Assembly: GCA_021613535.1 (NCBI GenBank)
Contig: CP075493.1
Span: 8,618,001 to 8,682,000, forward strand
Origin: Adineta vaga
Taxonomy: Eukaryota > Animalia > Rotifera
DNA length: 64,000 nucleotides
Reading direction: 5' to 3'
The notes beneath the pieces were generated by a model. The model saw nothing but the letters and a program-made list of their open reading frames with translations, was not told the origin of the DNA and did no database searches. The position numbers were made by a program, and so were the translations under genes. Each line of letters opens with the position of its first letter. The first letter of the stretch is position 1. Shown in pieces: positions 49,559 through 64,000 of the stretch.

Positions 49559-51806
49559 GATATATATTGAATGTAGAATAGTTATTTTAATAATTTGAAT
49601 TTCTTCGAAAAACCTTCGTTTCGATATTTTCTACCAAACGCTCCCCATTTTATCTCGACTTTAGAAATGAACTTTTGATAAAAGAATAATACATGGTTTG
49701 CGAATAGCACACGATATAGATATTATAGATATCTCGTCTAATGACAAGATGTTTACCACTTGAATCAAATGACTTGATTAAATCTTTTCCTAAAGATATT
49801 GTAGAACTCATTTCGTATCTCTTATATTCTTATATCGAAAATACATTTATCTTATATTGCAAGGATATGGGTATATGAACTCATATTTTAACAAGATTCG
49901 ATAATGGAGAATAGGGATAATATGCATCTGTGAGATCAACGATAACATATGTAAATATATAAATAAGAAAACGTGGCAATAAAGAAAATTACAGAATCAG
50001 CTATAACAGAAAGAACGTAGGAAAATTAGATAACTGTAACCGATAAAGATAGAGACTAAGGGTCAATCATTTTATTGAGTAGAATTATCCATACAGTGTG
50101 TAGATATAATTTCGAACGTTTACATAAATATGCGGCTTTCCCTTGATTGATTGCATGTATATCTTTTAGAATGATATCAAATAAAGTTATATTGGTGTGT
50201 ATTTGCAATTATAAGATTCATTTATTTGCCTAGCAAATGGCGATTGACCACAATGCCGGCACATGCCCACATTTGATGATTGCAAGCATGTATTGTCATG
50301 ATACTTTTTCCCATGTATTAGTTCAAGTATTGTGCGCCTCTTTATTTTCTTTTTTGATAAACAATAAGAATTCATCTGCCTAAATCTGTTCGTTTACAAA
50401 TAGTATTTTTCTATCAGCAATTGATCGGATCTATTTTCTGTCTAAACGGACAATTTATACATCAAATACTCGCCTCGTATATCCATTGTAACATCGATCT
50501 AACAATATATTACTAGATTACGTAAAAGATCCATTTATTTTCATTGCATTACAATGACTGCATTGCGTACGGCATACCCCCCAAAGGCTAATAATGTCAT
50601 TGTGGCGGATAACAATCGATTGTTGAAGCGCACACGAACATAGTTTCTTGATCGAGTTCCAAGTAGAAATGTGAACGATAATGCTAGCTAGTCGACCGAT
50701 TACTTTCTCTCATTGATCATTCAATCATTCGTCTAATAAATCTGACATATTACGTATTTGTATCAAAACAATTATTCACCTGTCTAGGTTTGGATAGAAG
50801 AAGAAAAGACTCAAAAGCCACGTTCACACTTGAATAGAAAATATGTATAAACTTTGAATGTCTAATGAACTTCTGAGTATCAAATAATTAGAAAAAAAAT
50901 CATTTCGCCTTCTTTTTTTTGTGTCTTATCTATTTATGTTTTCTATCCACATCATTGACAGAGATGTAATCATAAGAATATATATATATATAGAACAAAT
51001 AGAAAATATAGATAGAGAGTAAGAGGACGCTCTTCCGTTTCTCACCCCTACTGACAATTCTATATACACATCTGCTTACTGATTTTGCTCATGGAACTTT
51101 ATCGAGTGTAGAGTGTGGCGGTCAGGAGAAAGAATTTGTAATGAGGCTGACCAATAGAGAAAAAGGAAAGCATTGTTCATCAACGTCTCTTTCTTATTCT
51201 TTTTTTCTTTCTCCTCCCTCGTTTTCCTCTTGACGTATATGAAGGAGAAGAAGAAGAAAGAGAGAGAGAGAAATAGGAGAGGAAAATCCCGCCGTCGTCG
51301 TTGTCGTCGACGAGACGTATGTATTGTATGTATGTGTATGAAACATGAACGAGAGAGCGCACAGTAGAAGCGTGTGATAGAAGAGAAGAGAAGAGAAAAA
51401 CGGATGGTTGTGGTTAAAGAAGAGAAGTAGAGAGAAAGAGAGGACCCAACGGGCGTATGTAGAGAACATCTATTACTTCTTCTCTGACAACAAACAGTAC
51501 GAACGAGCAGGAATTCGCATCCATAGATTTAGGTAGAAAAAAAATTGAACAACAACAATAATAACAATCATTCTTCTTCGGATTGATTATGACATCGTCT
51601 TTTTTTCTGCTCATGTTGTCCGCTGTACAAATATATCCAACTGATCCATTGGTATAGACAAATTTCGAGCACATCGATATCGACTTTAATCCTTCTACTC
51701 CTATCATTAATCATCAATTATCTACTCAAATTTTATTATCTTTCACGTCTATTCACACAATTCAACACGTTTTTCGTATGATGAGATACAATTAATTTCA
51801 ACTAAA

Positions 51807-54800
51807 ATGAATATTATTGAAAATGCTGAAAAAGAATGTGCCGTACTCGGCTCATTATTTCAAGGAATTGTTAATGAAATGAAGGTATGTACTTATGAAT
51901 TGTTATCCGCTAAAAGAAGAAAATCATGAATGTGTGACACTAAATATATATATATATATATAGATGTATGGAGATGTATGAAGACCTTTCAATCCCAAGG
52001 TCGTCTTCATAATTGCATGCAACAGTTATATATTGTAGCGTGAAAGATGATCATCTTACCTATAGAATAGAGGGGAAAGAATCTTTTTCTCATTTTCATT
52101 TTATTTCTCTTATTTTTAGAACAGTTCAACATTATGGGAAGATTTAGTATCGAAAGCCACCAAAATGCATATTCAACTCAAGTACGTTTAATATAATTAT
52201 GTTTCATCAACCTTGAAAAATCGTATTGAACTATAGAAGCAGAATAGTCTTATGCACGAGATAGTCATTGTATTTGCCTGATCGAATCAACAGGAAAAGC
52301 ATTTGACAAGAAATGCTATTTTTTGACTACAGACAAAGCTGATTTTCTTTTGTGTCTATCATCCTCCTAGATATTTTTCATTGATGAATACGATCAATAA
52401 TTCAATGATATACACGCACGCAAAGCAGTTCATACTCGTATGTATAAGGAGTGCGAGAAAGTTAGTTTAGTTCAGCTGTCACAATAATTTCTCTTCTCGT
52501 CATTAGCACTTGAACGATTACTGATGTTCGATAGTAGTATATAGACTAGACAATCATTAGTTAACATGAATGAAGAAAAAAAAACGAACGACAAAGAAAA
52601 AAAAGAATGAATGAATGAATGACTAGTCGGTCAATATACAATCTATATACCCTTCAGCTTAACCGACACACTAGCTAGACAACAGACGAGTATATGTGAA
52701 ATTAGTTTGTTTGATATTTACAAACTGATTTTAGTATTAGAAATGTCATGAAATAATTTTTATAATTTTCTGATGTAATCGATATCAATTTTCTTTTCTT
52801 TTATTATTTAGATCGACCATTACTACTTTCAGTCTATTTCTTGATGCTTTTCAACGTATTGCTGATTTAGCAACAAATACGAAAGGTGCAACTCGAGATA
52901 TTGGTACTGCATTAACACGTTTAATTTTACGTCATAAATCGATTGAACAAAAATTAAAATATTTTACAAATGCTTTAATTGAATCATTTATTCAACCATT
53001 AAATGAATCTGTTGAAGATTGGAAAAAATCTGCAAATACATTGGATAAAGAACATGCTAAAGGTCTTAAAGGTACTAAAAAATTGAAGAATTTTCTTTTC
53101 ATTTTGGCATAATAAATTCTATTGAATAGATTATAAAAAACTACGTAATGAGCTACGAAAAAAAGCATCTGAAACTGTTAAATTACAAAAGAAATGTCGA
53201 AAATGTAAGTTCATTAAATTTAATCATTTTCCATGTTTTCTTCTCATTATTATTATTCTTTGTAGTACCAAAACATGATGCATTACATAATAAATTGAAT
53301 TCTGCCATACAAGAAGTATCGAATTATTATGGAATGTTAGAAGAACGTGAGAAACAAGCACTTCGATCAGCAATGATTGAAGAACGTAGTCATTTTTGTA
53401 CATTATTTACTTTATTAAAACCTGTTATGGTATGTATTAGAAGACGATAAATTTCCATAAATAAGTTTTTATTTACTTTCGATTTTGACAGGACCTTGAA
53501 ATTTCAATGGCATCGGAAATGAGTCATATCGAAGATCTTGTTCAATGTTTAAATAAACATACAGCAGATCCTCAATGTTTACCGACTGCTAGTGAACAAG
53601 TAATCAAAGATGTGAAAGGAATTGATTATAGTACGATCGTTGCATTCAAAGTAAGTAATGAGTTATGAATAATGCAAATAATTCAATATTTTCTTTAGAC
53701 TCCACCATCATCACCTAGTTCTTTAAGTTCACGGAAATCAAGTGTTTGTTCGATAAATAGTATCAATAGTTCGTCGTCGAATTCATTAAATAATGCACAT
53801 AGTCCAAATCATAAACAAGGTCAACAACCACAATTACAAATGTCGATACCGATTCAACATCAATTCTATCATTCGAATGGCAATCGATCATTATCAATAC
53901 CTGTATGAACGAAAGAAATAAAAAGAATTTCTTGTTACTTATGTAGAACAACTGTGTTTCTTTTCTCGTATAGTCACATGTAGCAGTTAGTCGTATATCT
54001 AGTGTTTCATCTCAAGATTCGGGATTTACATCACAAGAACAGTTCTTTGCTCGACCACCATCACCATTAGAAGAATCGGAGGTAAACTTTTTCTTCTGTT
54101 TTATTTTAAATTAAAAAAAAATATATCTTTAAAATCTAGCGTGAAATTGATGGAAGTACAAGTCCATTGTTAGTCGTTTCTTCTACATTGAATGCTTGGG
54201 CAAAACGACCAGAAATTCCATCGAATGGTAAACATCCTGCAACAGTAACTGGTGCACCAGAACCAATTAAAAATTATCGACCAGCTATCACAGCTCATAC
54301 ATTTGATCCACCACCGCCTAGTCTATTCGAAAAACCTAATTGGCAAATTTATGAAGAAACAAATCCTCGTTTAACAACTGTTCGTATTTTATATAAATAT
54401 AAACAAAGAGTTTTTATATTTGTTTCAAAAAATTAGATTTCGGATGATAGTATATTATCTCGTCAACATTCTGTACCATCGCGTCGTTGTCGAATACGTG
54501 ATCTGAGTTTAGAACGAACATCAACAAAACATATCAGTAATGGACGAATTAAACCTACTCAACCGCCAATTGTACCACAAGAATATTATGGCACGGTTGG
54601 TAATCGTCATAGTCCAGGTATGAAATAGGATTATCAATCTTGTGTAAAATAAAACCTTTTCCGTCAGATAGAGAACAAAAAAAAAGAAACCCATTTCTTT
54701 CGCATATATGTATGTAACTAAAGATATTAATTGCTCGTCTATTGAACAGTCAAGGTTAACTGACATATCATATTATATTTCATCATCGTTGTTCTTTGCC

Positions 54801-55961
54801 GAACTTTCACCATAATCGAAGTCAAACCTTGATTATAAATTGATAGTTAACACAGAAGTGTTTTTCTTTAGCTCAAGAAAATTGTCTTCTAAACAATCTT
54901 TGATGTAGATTTGTTCTTTTCTCTCGCTTAGTGTAAACTATTTACTGTATTATAAGTGTCAGTATATCCATCAGGGTTATATTAAAACATGTCAAACAAA
55001 ATTAATAGTACCTCTTTTTCCATGAGATTATTCTGCTTGACTGTAAAGAAGAAGAAATCTATCAATAGAAATCTCAAAGGAATAGAAAATGTAAAGTACA
55101 ATGGCGTTACTTTGATATTCAAACGAGAATATTTTAATGAAATATTTTCAACTTCATCAGATTTCGTGCTAATAAGAAAATGATGTTGCATGTGTAGATA
55201 TAGATTGACATATTTTTATGAGTGTTTTGTTTTGACAGAGAATAACAATCAACGTCTTCGAAATGGATCAATACCATCTGAAACTATGGTAAAGAAAACC
55301 ATTCTGTTTTGAAATATACTAAAAATGCGCTTTTATTTATAGATACCTGATCCACGTGCAATTGTATGGCGTGATCATCCGCAACAAAATGGTAATCATT
55401 ATGGTGATAGACCATCATTTGAATCGGCTGATGAAACATTAGATGAAAGTAAGTTATCATTTTATTTAGTTTTTCATCTTACTAAATATTTTCTCTATTT
55501 TAGTGTATGAATATTTAACAAAAAGTATGTAAATTTTGAACGACAATTTTCTATATATCAATGTACTTAATGCTTTCAGGTATTCATTCATCTAATCAAT
55601 CACATAAAAACGAAACTCTTCGTCTATGTCGATTGCTGTACATCCAAATGAAAAACCTGCTCCACCAGTACGTCGGACACCATCTATGAGTACGAATACT
55701 CATCATATGAATGGAAATAGTATGAAACTTCATATGAAATATACTCAGGAATTAATTCAAGTAAATCATACAGATGATTTTCCACCTCCGCCGCCTGATT
55801 TTTTTCTTTCAAACGATCCAAAACCTGCCGTCTCAACAACAACAGCAACAACAACTCCAGCAGATGATTCACATTCGTCGTTTCTTGCTGAAATTCAACG
55901 TGGTTTTAAATTACGTAAAACGATGATTGATCGAGATAAATCCGCTCCACGTATCAGATGA
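51807..55961 (+). CDS. MTSS1: Missing-in-metastasis I-BAR/WH2 protein (many exons)
   Basis: EKECAVLGSLFQGIVNEMK, WEDLVSKATK, FLDAFQRIADLATNTKGATRDIG.ALTR..LRH, LDKEHAKDYK, SSQDSGFTS, C-terminal WH2 IQRGFKLRKT..DKSAPR. Confidence 0.95.
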
Positions 55962-56376
55962 AACTAATCAATAAAGTCAAGCATACTATGTTTGTCTTTT
56001 ATCCTTCTCAGGAATGAATGATTTTTGTGCAGATAATTCAATGGTATTTCTATTTAATCTTGACAAAACTATTCGATATAAACTCGATGTTTGTTTCTTT
56101 TGCTGTTGTATATAACTTATCTAATCAAATTTATTCGTGTATTATTCTTTTTCTGAAAATTTCGTTTTTTTTTGTTGTTGTCGTATATTCTGTTTTGTTT
56201 TTCTGCTCTTTTTTTTCCAAAGACAAGCATCATATACATATTATTATCTAGTTTAAATTTCATATCGATGAGAAAAAACATCCAGATGTTTGACTGTGTG
56301 GGAAGTAAATGATGGAGAGATAAATGAAATATTAAAATCGGTATTTTCTTTTTACAAAAAACTTATTTTTTCGAAA

Positions 56377-57643
56377 ATGAAGTGTTCTGGTAATGCAAAG
56401 ATATTTTCTCGATTGAAAATCGTTTCATTTGATTTCTTTTTTTGAATAGTTCTCTATTCATCATTGATTATTGCTGTTGCACTTTTTGCTGGTTCATCAG
56501 TTCAAGGTGTTCCATCCCATTCATCAAGATATTTGGCAAAAAAGGTTTCGAATTGTTTTCTTTTTTCTAACGAGATTTTATCTATATGATTAATTAATCT
56601 GACAATAAGTGGTAGAGAGGAGAAGAAAGAATCACTTCAGATGATATCTAATCAGATTTTGTAAATAATATTTGAAATATATTGATTTGATAAGAGAACA
56701 ATGACTTTGATGTATACGTGCGTGTAAACGCCTTGATCATGTTTAAAGGCGAGAAGTTTCGTGAGAATGCGATCAAAATATCTAACCTTACGGAAATTAT
56801 TTATTCTCGTTTCTTTTTTTCTTTCAGAGAAGTGAAGCTGAAAGTCGTATCGAACCAGTTACAACAAGTCTTGTGAGTATATATATATAGCAAGATATGT
56901 ATTAATAATTTGATTATTTGTATATAAAGATTGTTAGCGCCGTTGCTCCTATTGTTCTCAATCTCTTTACTGGTCTTTTGGGTAATTTATTCAACAAACC
57001 AAATGATACTGAAGAAGTTTGTTTGAAAATAGGAAAGAAACCGAACAAAAAAAAAAACACATTTTGTTATCTATGTTTTTAGCGTGTTGTCTATGGCCGA
57101 CCAATGCAAGTAAAATTATGTGGTGTTGAAAATTGCATTCAATTATTAGATAAAGGTTCAGGTTTAACAACTGTTGGTAAAGGTGATACTGTTCAACATG
57201 CATTAGGTGATGCTATTGGTGCTATGTTAACAGTTTTATTAGAAAAACGTTTATTAAGTATGCATGATTTATGTCGTGAACATATTCATTTTCCTCATCC
57301 TGATACTCAAAACTGTCCCGGTGTGGAAATCAATACTTGTGAACTAAGTAAACCTACTCTTCCACAACGTAAGTTTGAGATCGAAAGATTCAGATTACAT
57401 TTAACTATGTGAATACTTTAGCTGCATGTATGGATTCTCACGGTGACGCTTATTGTAAAAAAATGAAAAGTCATTGCAATGAAAGTATGTATTCAACATT
57501 TATGATGCACAATTGCTACAAGACATGCACGTATGTTAATTAGGAGAGAAACGTTTTCTTGATTTTAATAATTGTGTTTGCCTTTTTTTCTCTTCGATAG
57601 AAATAATTGCTATAAACCACCACCTGGTCCATGTGATTATTAA
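56377..57643 (+). CDS. Secreted protein with a C-terminal ShKT domain (7 exons, ~225 aa)
   Basis: Signal peptide MKCSVLYSSLIIAVALFAGSSVQG, KKR site, and ShKT CMDSHGDAYCKKMKSHC...MMHNCYKTCTNNC. All splice phases are consistent. Confidence 0.8.
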
Positions 57644-57772
57644 TTATGGCAGAAAAGTATTCATGTCTTTCTTTATTTATATTGAAAGAAATAAAGCGAT
57701 AATCATTGCTGAAAATTAATAAAATGAAATATTTTTCAATTGAAAAGAAAATGGAGAATGTTTTGTTTTTGA

Positions 57773-59948
57773 TTAGATAACAGAAGTTTTACGATTTATT
57801 TCCATTAATTCTTCATTAACTTCATGATCATTTCTATTTTTCTCATCACGAATATCATCACGTGCCCAAGGTTCCGTTTCACCACGAGCTAAGAATGTAA
57901 ATGCAACAGCTGATATAAGAAATGATGCAGCATAAAGCATAAATGCTGCTCTCCATTCTAATGCTGTTTTCTAAACAATCAAAAGCCAATTTTTTAATAT
58001 AAACTTTCGAAAACTACTTACATTTTTTGTAATAATACCCGTTAAATATGGTGCACCGAATCCTCCAATACTTGCTAAAGAACAATAAATGAAGAAATAA
58101 TTTGTTTATCAAGAATTTGAATTTGATTTTTTTTTCTCACAAATTGTGTTACAAATACCAAATATAACACCTGAATGAACTCCACTAAAATCTCCGACAT
58201 TGACAATATATCCACCTGACATCATAAAACCACTAGAGAAACAAATTTATCGAAGATATGAATCCTATTATCTATGTTACCTTAATGCCATTCCAATAGT
58301 TAATAATAATACAGCTAAATATCGATGTTGACAATCAAGAAATGATATCAATAGAAGACAAATAGCTGGTGCTAAAGTTCCGATACCATGAAATAATTTT
58401 CGAGCATTTACACGTTTCAAATATTTTTTTCCAATAATGAAATCTGCCAAACCGCCGGTTAACATTACAACAATAAAACTAGCAATATGTGGTAATGCTG
58501 AAAGAAAACCATTTTCTGCAATACTAAATAATAGAACTTCATTCATATATTCAGGAACAACAGTCCAAACAGCTATGAAAAGTCATATGATGGTTTTGAG
58601 AGAAAGAAAAATTCTCCTTTTCTTTACCATAAAGACCGAAATCACAGAAAAACATTGAAATAAGAATACACCAGAAACCTTGAGATCGAAGTAACGAAGA
58701 CCAAGGTGTTTTCTAATTGTTAGAAAAATCATAAATGAATTTGAAAAGAAAAATCTTTCATACAGTATCGATATCTTGAATCTTTTCTTCAGCTTTACAT
58801 GCTCGAATATATTCTTTTTCATTGGCTGATAAATGTCTATTTGTTGTTGGTTTATCACTTGCAAAAATAAGCCAAACAACTGACCAGATAATACCCAAAC
58901 TACCTAAACAGAAAGAATTGTAAAAGATACATTCACAAAGATTTAATCGAGTGTTTCTTTTACCAAGAAGATAAAAGAAATATGCCCAGCCATATCGAAA
59001 AATGAATGGGACTGCATCATTCAATGAAAATGTGCAGAATAGACCACCGATCATTAAAGATATGATGGTACCCATTGAAAGTCCTAAATATCATTTGATG
59101 AGAAAGACATTTAAGAAAATTTTCAAACTATACCAGAACTTTGAAATGAAAGTAAAGTTGTTCGTTCCGATGCTGGAGCCCATGCTGACCAAAATCGAAA
59201 AATAGTCGGCCAAAGACCACCCTAGATAATAAAGAGAAGATAATTTAACAAATCTATTTAAGACTATCTAATATGTACTTGAGCAGCACCAGCGACAATA
59301 CGTAGTATGATAACAAATGATGGATGTAATTTCGATAGAACTGGTAATAGGATTGTTGCCAATGATGATATAAATATTAATAAAGCAAGAAAACGTTTCG
59401 GACCAAATAGATTCACAGCGACTGATGATGCTATTTGAGTCAATGCATAACCCCAATAGAATGAACCGAGAAGAAAACCACGAGTTGCTTTTGGCCATAG
59501 AAGAACTTGACCAGGCTATAGCATTGATATACAAAAATATGTTTGTATATAGAAATGTTAAACTATCTTATACAGATCGAATTTTTTGTACTGTATGCTG
59601 ATAACATGATGCTGGAATATTTCGATGATTGTTCAGAGGATTATCATGAGATATTGTTGCGTTACTATCCGCATCTGGATTGGTCATACAAACGATACCA
59701 ACACTAAAATATAACACTTTCTAAAAATTGGCTCAGATGTCGAATTAGTCTTACGCAAGACCATTTCGTTGGGCATAACAAATAAAAAAACCCAAAAATG
59801 CCAAAAATGCAAGTAACAAACGATGGGAACAAAAAAGTGGAGCTGATAGTAAAAGATGAACTCGAATAATTTTTTCTAGAATAAAACTATTCATACCTTT
59901 TACTTGATTTGTTTCATTGGCTGTGTCTACAACTTTACTGGTTGTCAT
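57773..59948 (-). CDS. SLC17/sialin-like MFS anion transporter (multi-exon)
   Basis: WSSSSMAK..GFLLGSFYWGY, WSAWAPASERT, GWAYFFY, SDKP..NRHLS..EKEYI, VPEYMNEVL.F.IAENGFLSALPH, GICNT, EWRAAF. Confidence 0.92.
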
Positions 59949-60788
59949 AATTACAATATTGTCTATAGCAAAAGAATACAAAATATTAAATATATTTATT
60001 CGCTACTAGCTGATACAATGATAAGCGACATAACACTTCTATATTTCATGAGACGCGTAGGAAGTAAGCAAACTTATCAGTAGCTTACATAAACATTCTC
60101 AAAAAGTACTATTTGCATATTCATAATGCAAACTATACTCACTTTTGTTGCTTCTTCTTCTTCTTCTTTTCTTTCGACGTATACTATTTCAAATGATCAG
60201 AACTAATTTACGTTTGAATTTATAGTATCAATCTTTTGTTGCTAGCCATCATATAACATTCTTCCCTTTGAAGAAACAAAACAATTATGCATAAATATGT
60301 AGATTTCTTGAATCGTGAGTGAATGTTGAGCAATTAACAAGTCAAGGATCAAAGGTTACTAGTTAGGAGTAAACGTGATAGAAAACTGAATATTATACAT
60401 TACTGATAGTACAGAATTAGATTTAATAAATATTCTTTCACTAAATCGAAAGATAAGCAGGCATATGAGAAATTTTACTAAGCAATATAGTTACCAGACC
60501 AATTAGAAAATAGCTTTTCTTTTCCATATTCTATTTGTATTCATCTTGATCTTTCAAAATATTTAATCTTCCGACATTTCATAGGTTTTACTTTTTATAT
60601 CAGACTAATTTCTCAGACCAAAAACAAAACAATTAAAAAAGGAGCTATCCATGAAGGAGTTCTATTCGTTTATTTTGAAACCATTGTATAGTGAGTCGAT
60701 TATCGACTACACTAATACATATGTTACTGAAAGACTACGAATAATCTGCAAGAACAAAATCAACAAAGATTTTTATGTATATATATAT

Positions 60789-62769
60789 TCATTGTCTTTC
60801 TAAGAATAAATCGATTGAGTCATCATTACATTCTGATGTTTGTTGAGTTTGATCGAGAAGAAAATCATCGAAAGTATTACTGGTCATTTGATTTTCTGTT
60901 GGATGACGTTGTTTATGATGAGCATAGAGTTGATTTTGATGAAGAAAACCTTTTTTACATAATTCACAACTAAAAATATGAATAAATAATCATTTTTCTT
61001 CGAGTAAAAAAACTTAAATTAATTTGTTTACCGAAATGGATACTGATGTGAATGTCGAACAATATCATGATCACGTAAATGCTCTGGTCGAACGAATGTT
61101 TTCACACATGCATGACATTGAAATAATCCTCCTGATGCACTATGTTTTGCTGCATGTTGCTTCAATTTATCTTTTCTAGAATCCGAACAAAAAATGCATT
61201 TCAGTTTAATTTAATATTTCTATTAAAATATATTCTCACCGAGCAAATGCTTGTTCACATCCATCTTGTTCACATTTAAATGGTTTAACATCTGAATGTT
61301 TAGTCACATTATGTCGATTTAAATGAAATGTTGTTTTAAAAGTTAGTTTACATGTTGAGCAACTTTTTTGATTAGGTACATCGGTATTATGTTGAGTAAC
61401 GACATGTCGAGAAAGATCATTACGTTTCTGAAACGTTTCAATACATATTGTACAGCGATAACGTGCAGCATCAGAATGTTTAGCAATATGATTATGATAG
61501 GAATTATTTGATTCAAATTCTGCTGGACATAATTGACAAAGAAATTTATGTGTTTCATAATGCATATGATATTGCAATTGTTCGGATGTTTGAAACGATT
61601 GTTTGCATATTCGACAACGAAATGTACGTTTACGCCGACGATAATAAATATTACTACGAGATGTACGTCGAGAGCCTAGATGATGTTTTTGACTATGAAC
61701 ACGTGCATGAAGAATATAATCGACAGGTCTGTCGAATAATTGAGCACATGCTTCATTTAAACATCGAAAGACAGGATTGAGACAATGAACTAGAATGATA
61801 TTCAAAGATAATATACTTAATACGAAGTAAACACGTTGAAGGTAATTTTTATCAAGCGTAAAGGCACACATGAGCCTATATGTCTGAAAACAATATTAAT
61901 TCAAGGAAAAATATAGTCCTATGACCTTTTCTTTTTTCTCTCGTTTTAGACTTCCTTGATTCAATATGTGACGAGATTTACACTGATATCGTATAATAGT
62001 AAATTATCTATATAAAAAGATAAGGTTCTCTCAAGCACTACAGAAAACAAATTGAATTATTCGAGAAAATTTTGTCATCGACTTACTCATTTTTTTATGA
62101 ATATTTAACGATGCATTGGAAGCAAATGATACAGTACATTGTTTACATTCGAGAGATTTTATTGTTTGTTCATCAAGTAAATCAGTATAACTTGACGATG
62201 AGTCATCCGGAAAGAAGCCTAATTTTGTATTCGTATTTTCATTTACATCAATCCAAGTTGAATGTTCAAAAACATGATTTTCTAAAACAACTGGTGCATC
62301 AAATTGTTCATCGCATACTGGACACTCCAAAAGACTCATTTGAGATAATTCATTTTCTATCGAAGTATATTCACTTGAATTTGACATAATTCCATTACTA
62401 GATTCAGTATTTGCAATAATAGTCGTTTGTTCAATTGGTGCTGAGAATAATAAATCAAATTCACTTGTTGAAGGCAGTACAGAATGTGTCGATGAATAGA
62501 AAAGATCCGTATTCGATGGTGTAGGCAATGAAACATCTTGAATAATTGCATCTAAATCAGATTCAAGAAGATGTGCTGATGAAGCATTGGATAGATGAAA
62601 TAAATTTGTTGGTTGTTGACCAGTACAAGTAGATCGATGAGTTAAAAAAAGAGTTAAATCTGTAAAATTTACATGACACTTGCCACAGATAAATAAATCT
62701 TCTGAAGTATTCAAAGCTAAAATTCCGTATTATATTACATGAATAGATTGACTTTTTCGACTTACTCAT
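60789..62769 (-). CDS. Multi-C2H2 zinc-finger protein, ZNF341-like
   Basis: N-terminal EDLFICGKCHVNF..L..FLTH, more than 10 C2H2 fingers, AFAR|KDKLKQH. Stop at 60789. Confidence 0.8.
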
Positions 62770-63310
62770 AGTTTATGATTGACTTAAAAGTGATACAATA
62801 ACGGGTTGAATGAGAAAGCAATAAAAATCGTTCTTTTTCTATCAAGTCTATTAATCTTATAGGCATTCGACTTCGACATACAACATGCTCACCTCACCTA
62901 TGTTACTCAAAATAAATATTTTCTACCAATCATAATCATTGACGATAGATGATGATAGAGACGAAGAATTTTTCTTACAGAAAAGCAAAGCAGTTTATTT
63001 CATTCTTTTTGAAATTCATGTCAGAATATTATCAATCTCCAATAAAATATATTGATTAGAAAAGATTTTAAATTAATGCTTATAAAAGTCGTTCGTTAAA
63101 GAGGCATCAATCGAATAAAGTTCTCATTTTGTTTACATATATTTTTCTCTTTTGAAATCCTTTGTACGTACATCGACACGCACAATTAAAAGAAAAGAAA
63201 AAACGAGAGCACAAGAATAAACAAACAAACAAACAGACACACTGATACGCGAGTATACTCGTAGAAATCAAATGAGTAACAAAGAATCAATCGGATGTCA
63301 TTTTCATTTC

Positions 63311-64000
63311 TTATGAATTGTTATTAAGTACAGTTTCACATTCAGATTCATTGTTGCTTGGTAAGAATGGAATTTCGTCTGCTATAGTTGTCATATCTTC
63401 TATTTCATTTGTCGATGTTTGTTCGACATTTTCAACGGGTTTGATATCTTCTTTTTTTAAGAATATTGCTTCAACGAGATCAACAAATGATGCAGATGAT
63501 ATATATGTGGATTGTATTTTTTCATCTTGTAATGTTGAAGATTCTCCTATAATGTCGTCGCTATCAGTTTTAATAGTTGTTGCAGAGTCCATAGTTGGTG
63601 TATCAGATAAAAGATTACTAGTTCCATCCATAATTACCTTCGATGGTACAGAAGAAGCATCACCAGATGAAAGATCAGATGTGATCGTATTATCATTCAT
63701 TGCCTATTTAAGAAAATAAATAAACAATCATTTAATAAACGAAATATTTGACGAGTAAAATAGTTTTGAAAAGGCATACTTACTTCATCTCGAACATCTT
63801 GATAACATATTGGATGATATGTTTTCCCATCGATTCGCATGGCATCTTTCAAATGCCATTCTTCTCTGTTATCATCAAAAAAGTTCTCAAAGAGATCATG
63901 ACATACAAAACAACGCTAAAAGAATACGAAAAACATTATCCAACGAAACAATAGATATGTATTATTCCAAACATACATCATCATCACCATCGCCATCGCC
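63311..64000 (-). CDS. PCF11: PCF11 cleavage/polyadenylation factor, 3' end (partial)
   Basis: Exon ~63784-63915 reads RCFVCHDLFENFFDDNREEWHLKDAMRIDGKTYHPICYQD, the PCF11 C-terminal zinc-binding motif. An acidic last exon follows. Confidence 0.88.

Noticed and set aside
1-64000. tRNA genes, CRISPR arrays, intact transposons
   Set aside because: None recognised by eye; tRNAscan-SE and a repeat search would be needed to exclude them formally.

Overview
AT-rich, gene-dense eukaryotic DNA with very short GT-AG introns (mostly 50-65 nt). Gene content and style point to a bdelloid rotifer (Adineta/Rotaria-like); this is an inference. About 28 protein-coding loci can be spliced by hand: a GPCR, GCDH, TMEM234, a mitochondrial phosphate carrier, a large BCH-domain scaffold with three antisense genes nested in one intron, an SDR, GEMIN8, a CPES-like enzyme, ADRM1, APLF, HPF1, SoxC, an RRM protein, teashirt, EFHB, MTSS1, an ShKT protein, SLC17, a ZNF341-like gene and PCF11. 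There is also one solitary 5S rRNA gene. Main result: a bacterial-type purine-catabolism cluster at 10.6-12.7 kb (GuaD-type guanine deaminase with a 2-bp frameshift, HIU hydrolase, and a uricase with a PTS1 signal). It has gained introns, keeps a 69-nt operon-like spacer, and lies beside a YbaY-like gene with a 33-nt hairpin intron. Other highlights: a head-to-head APLF/HPF1 DNA-repair pair, a truncated pseudo-14-3-3 whose stop overlaps the HPF1 stop, and a secreted ALF-like/ShKT protein. All homology calls come from motif recognition by eye, not from database searches.
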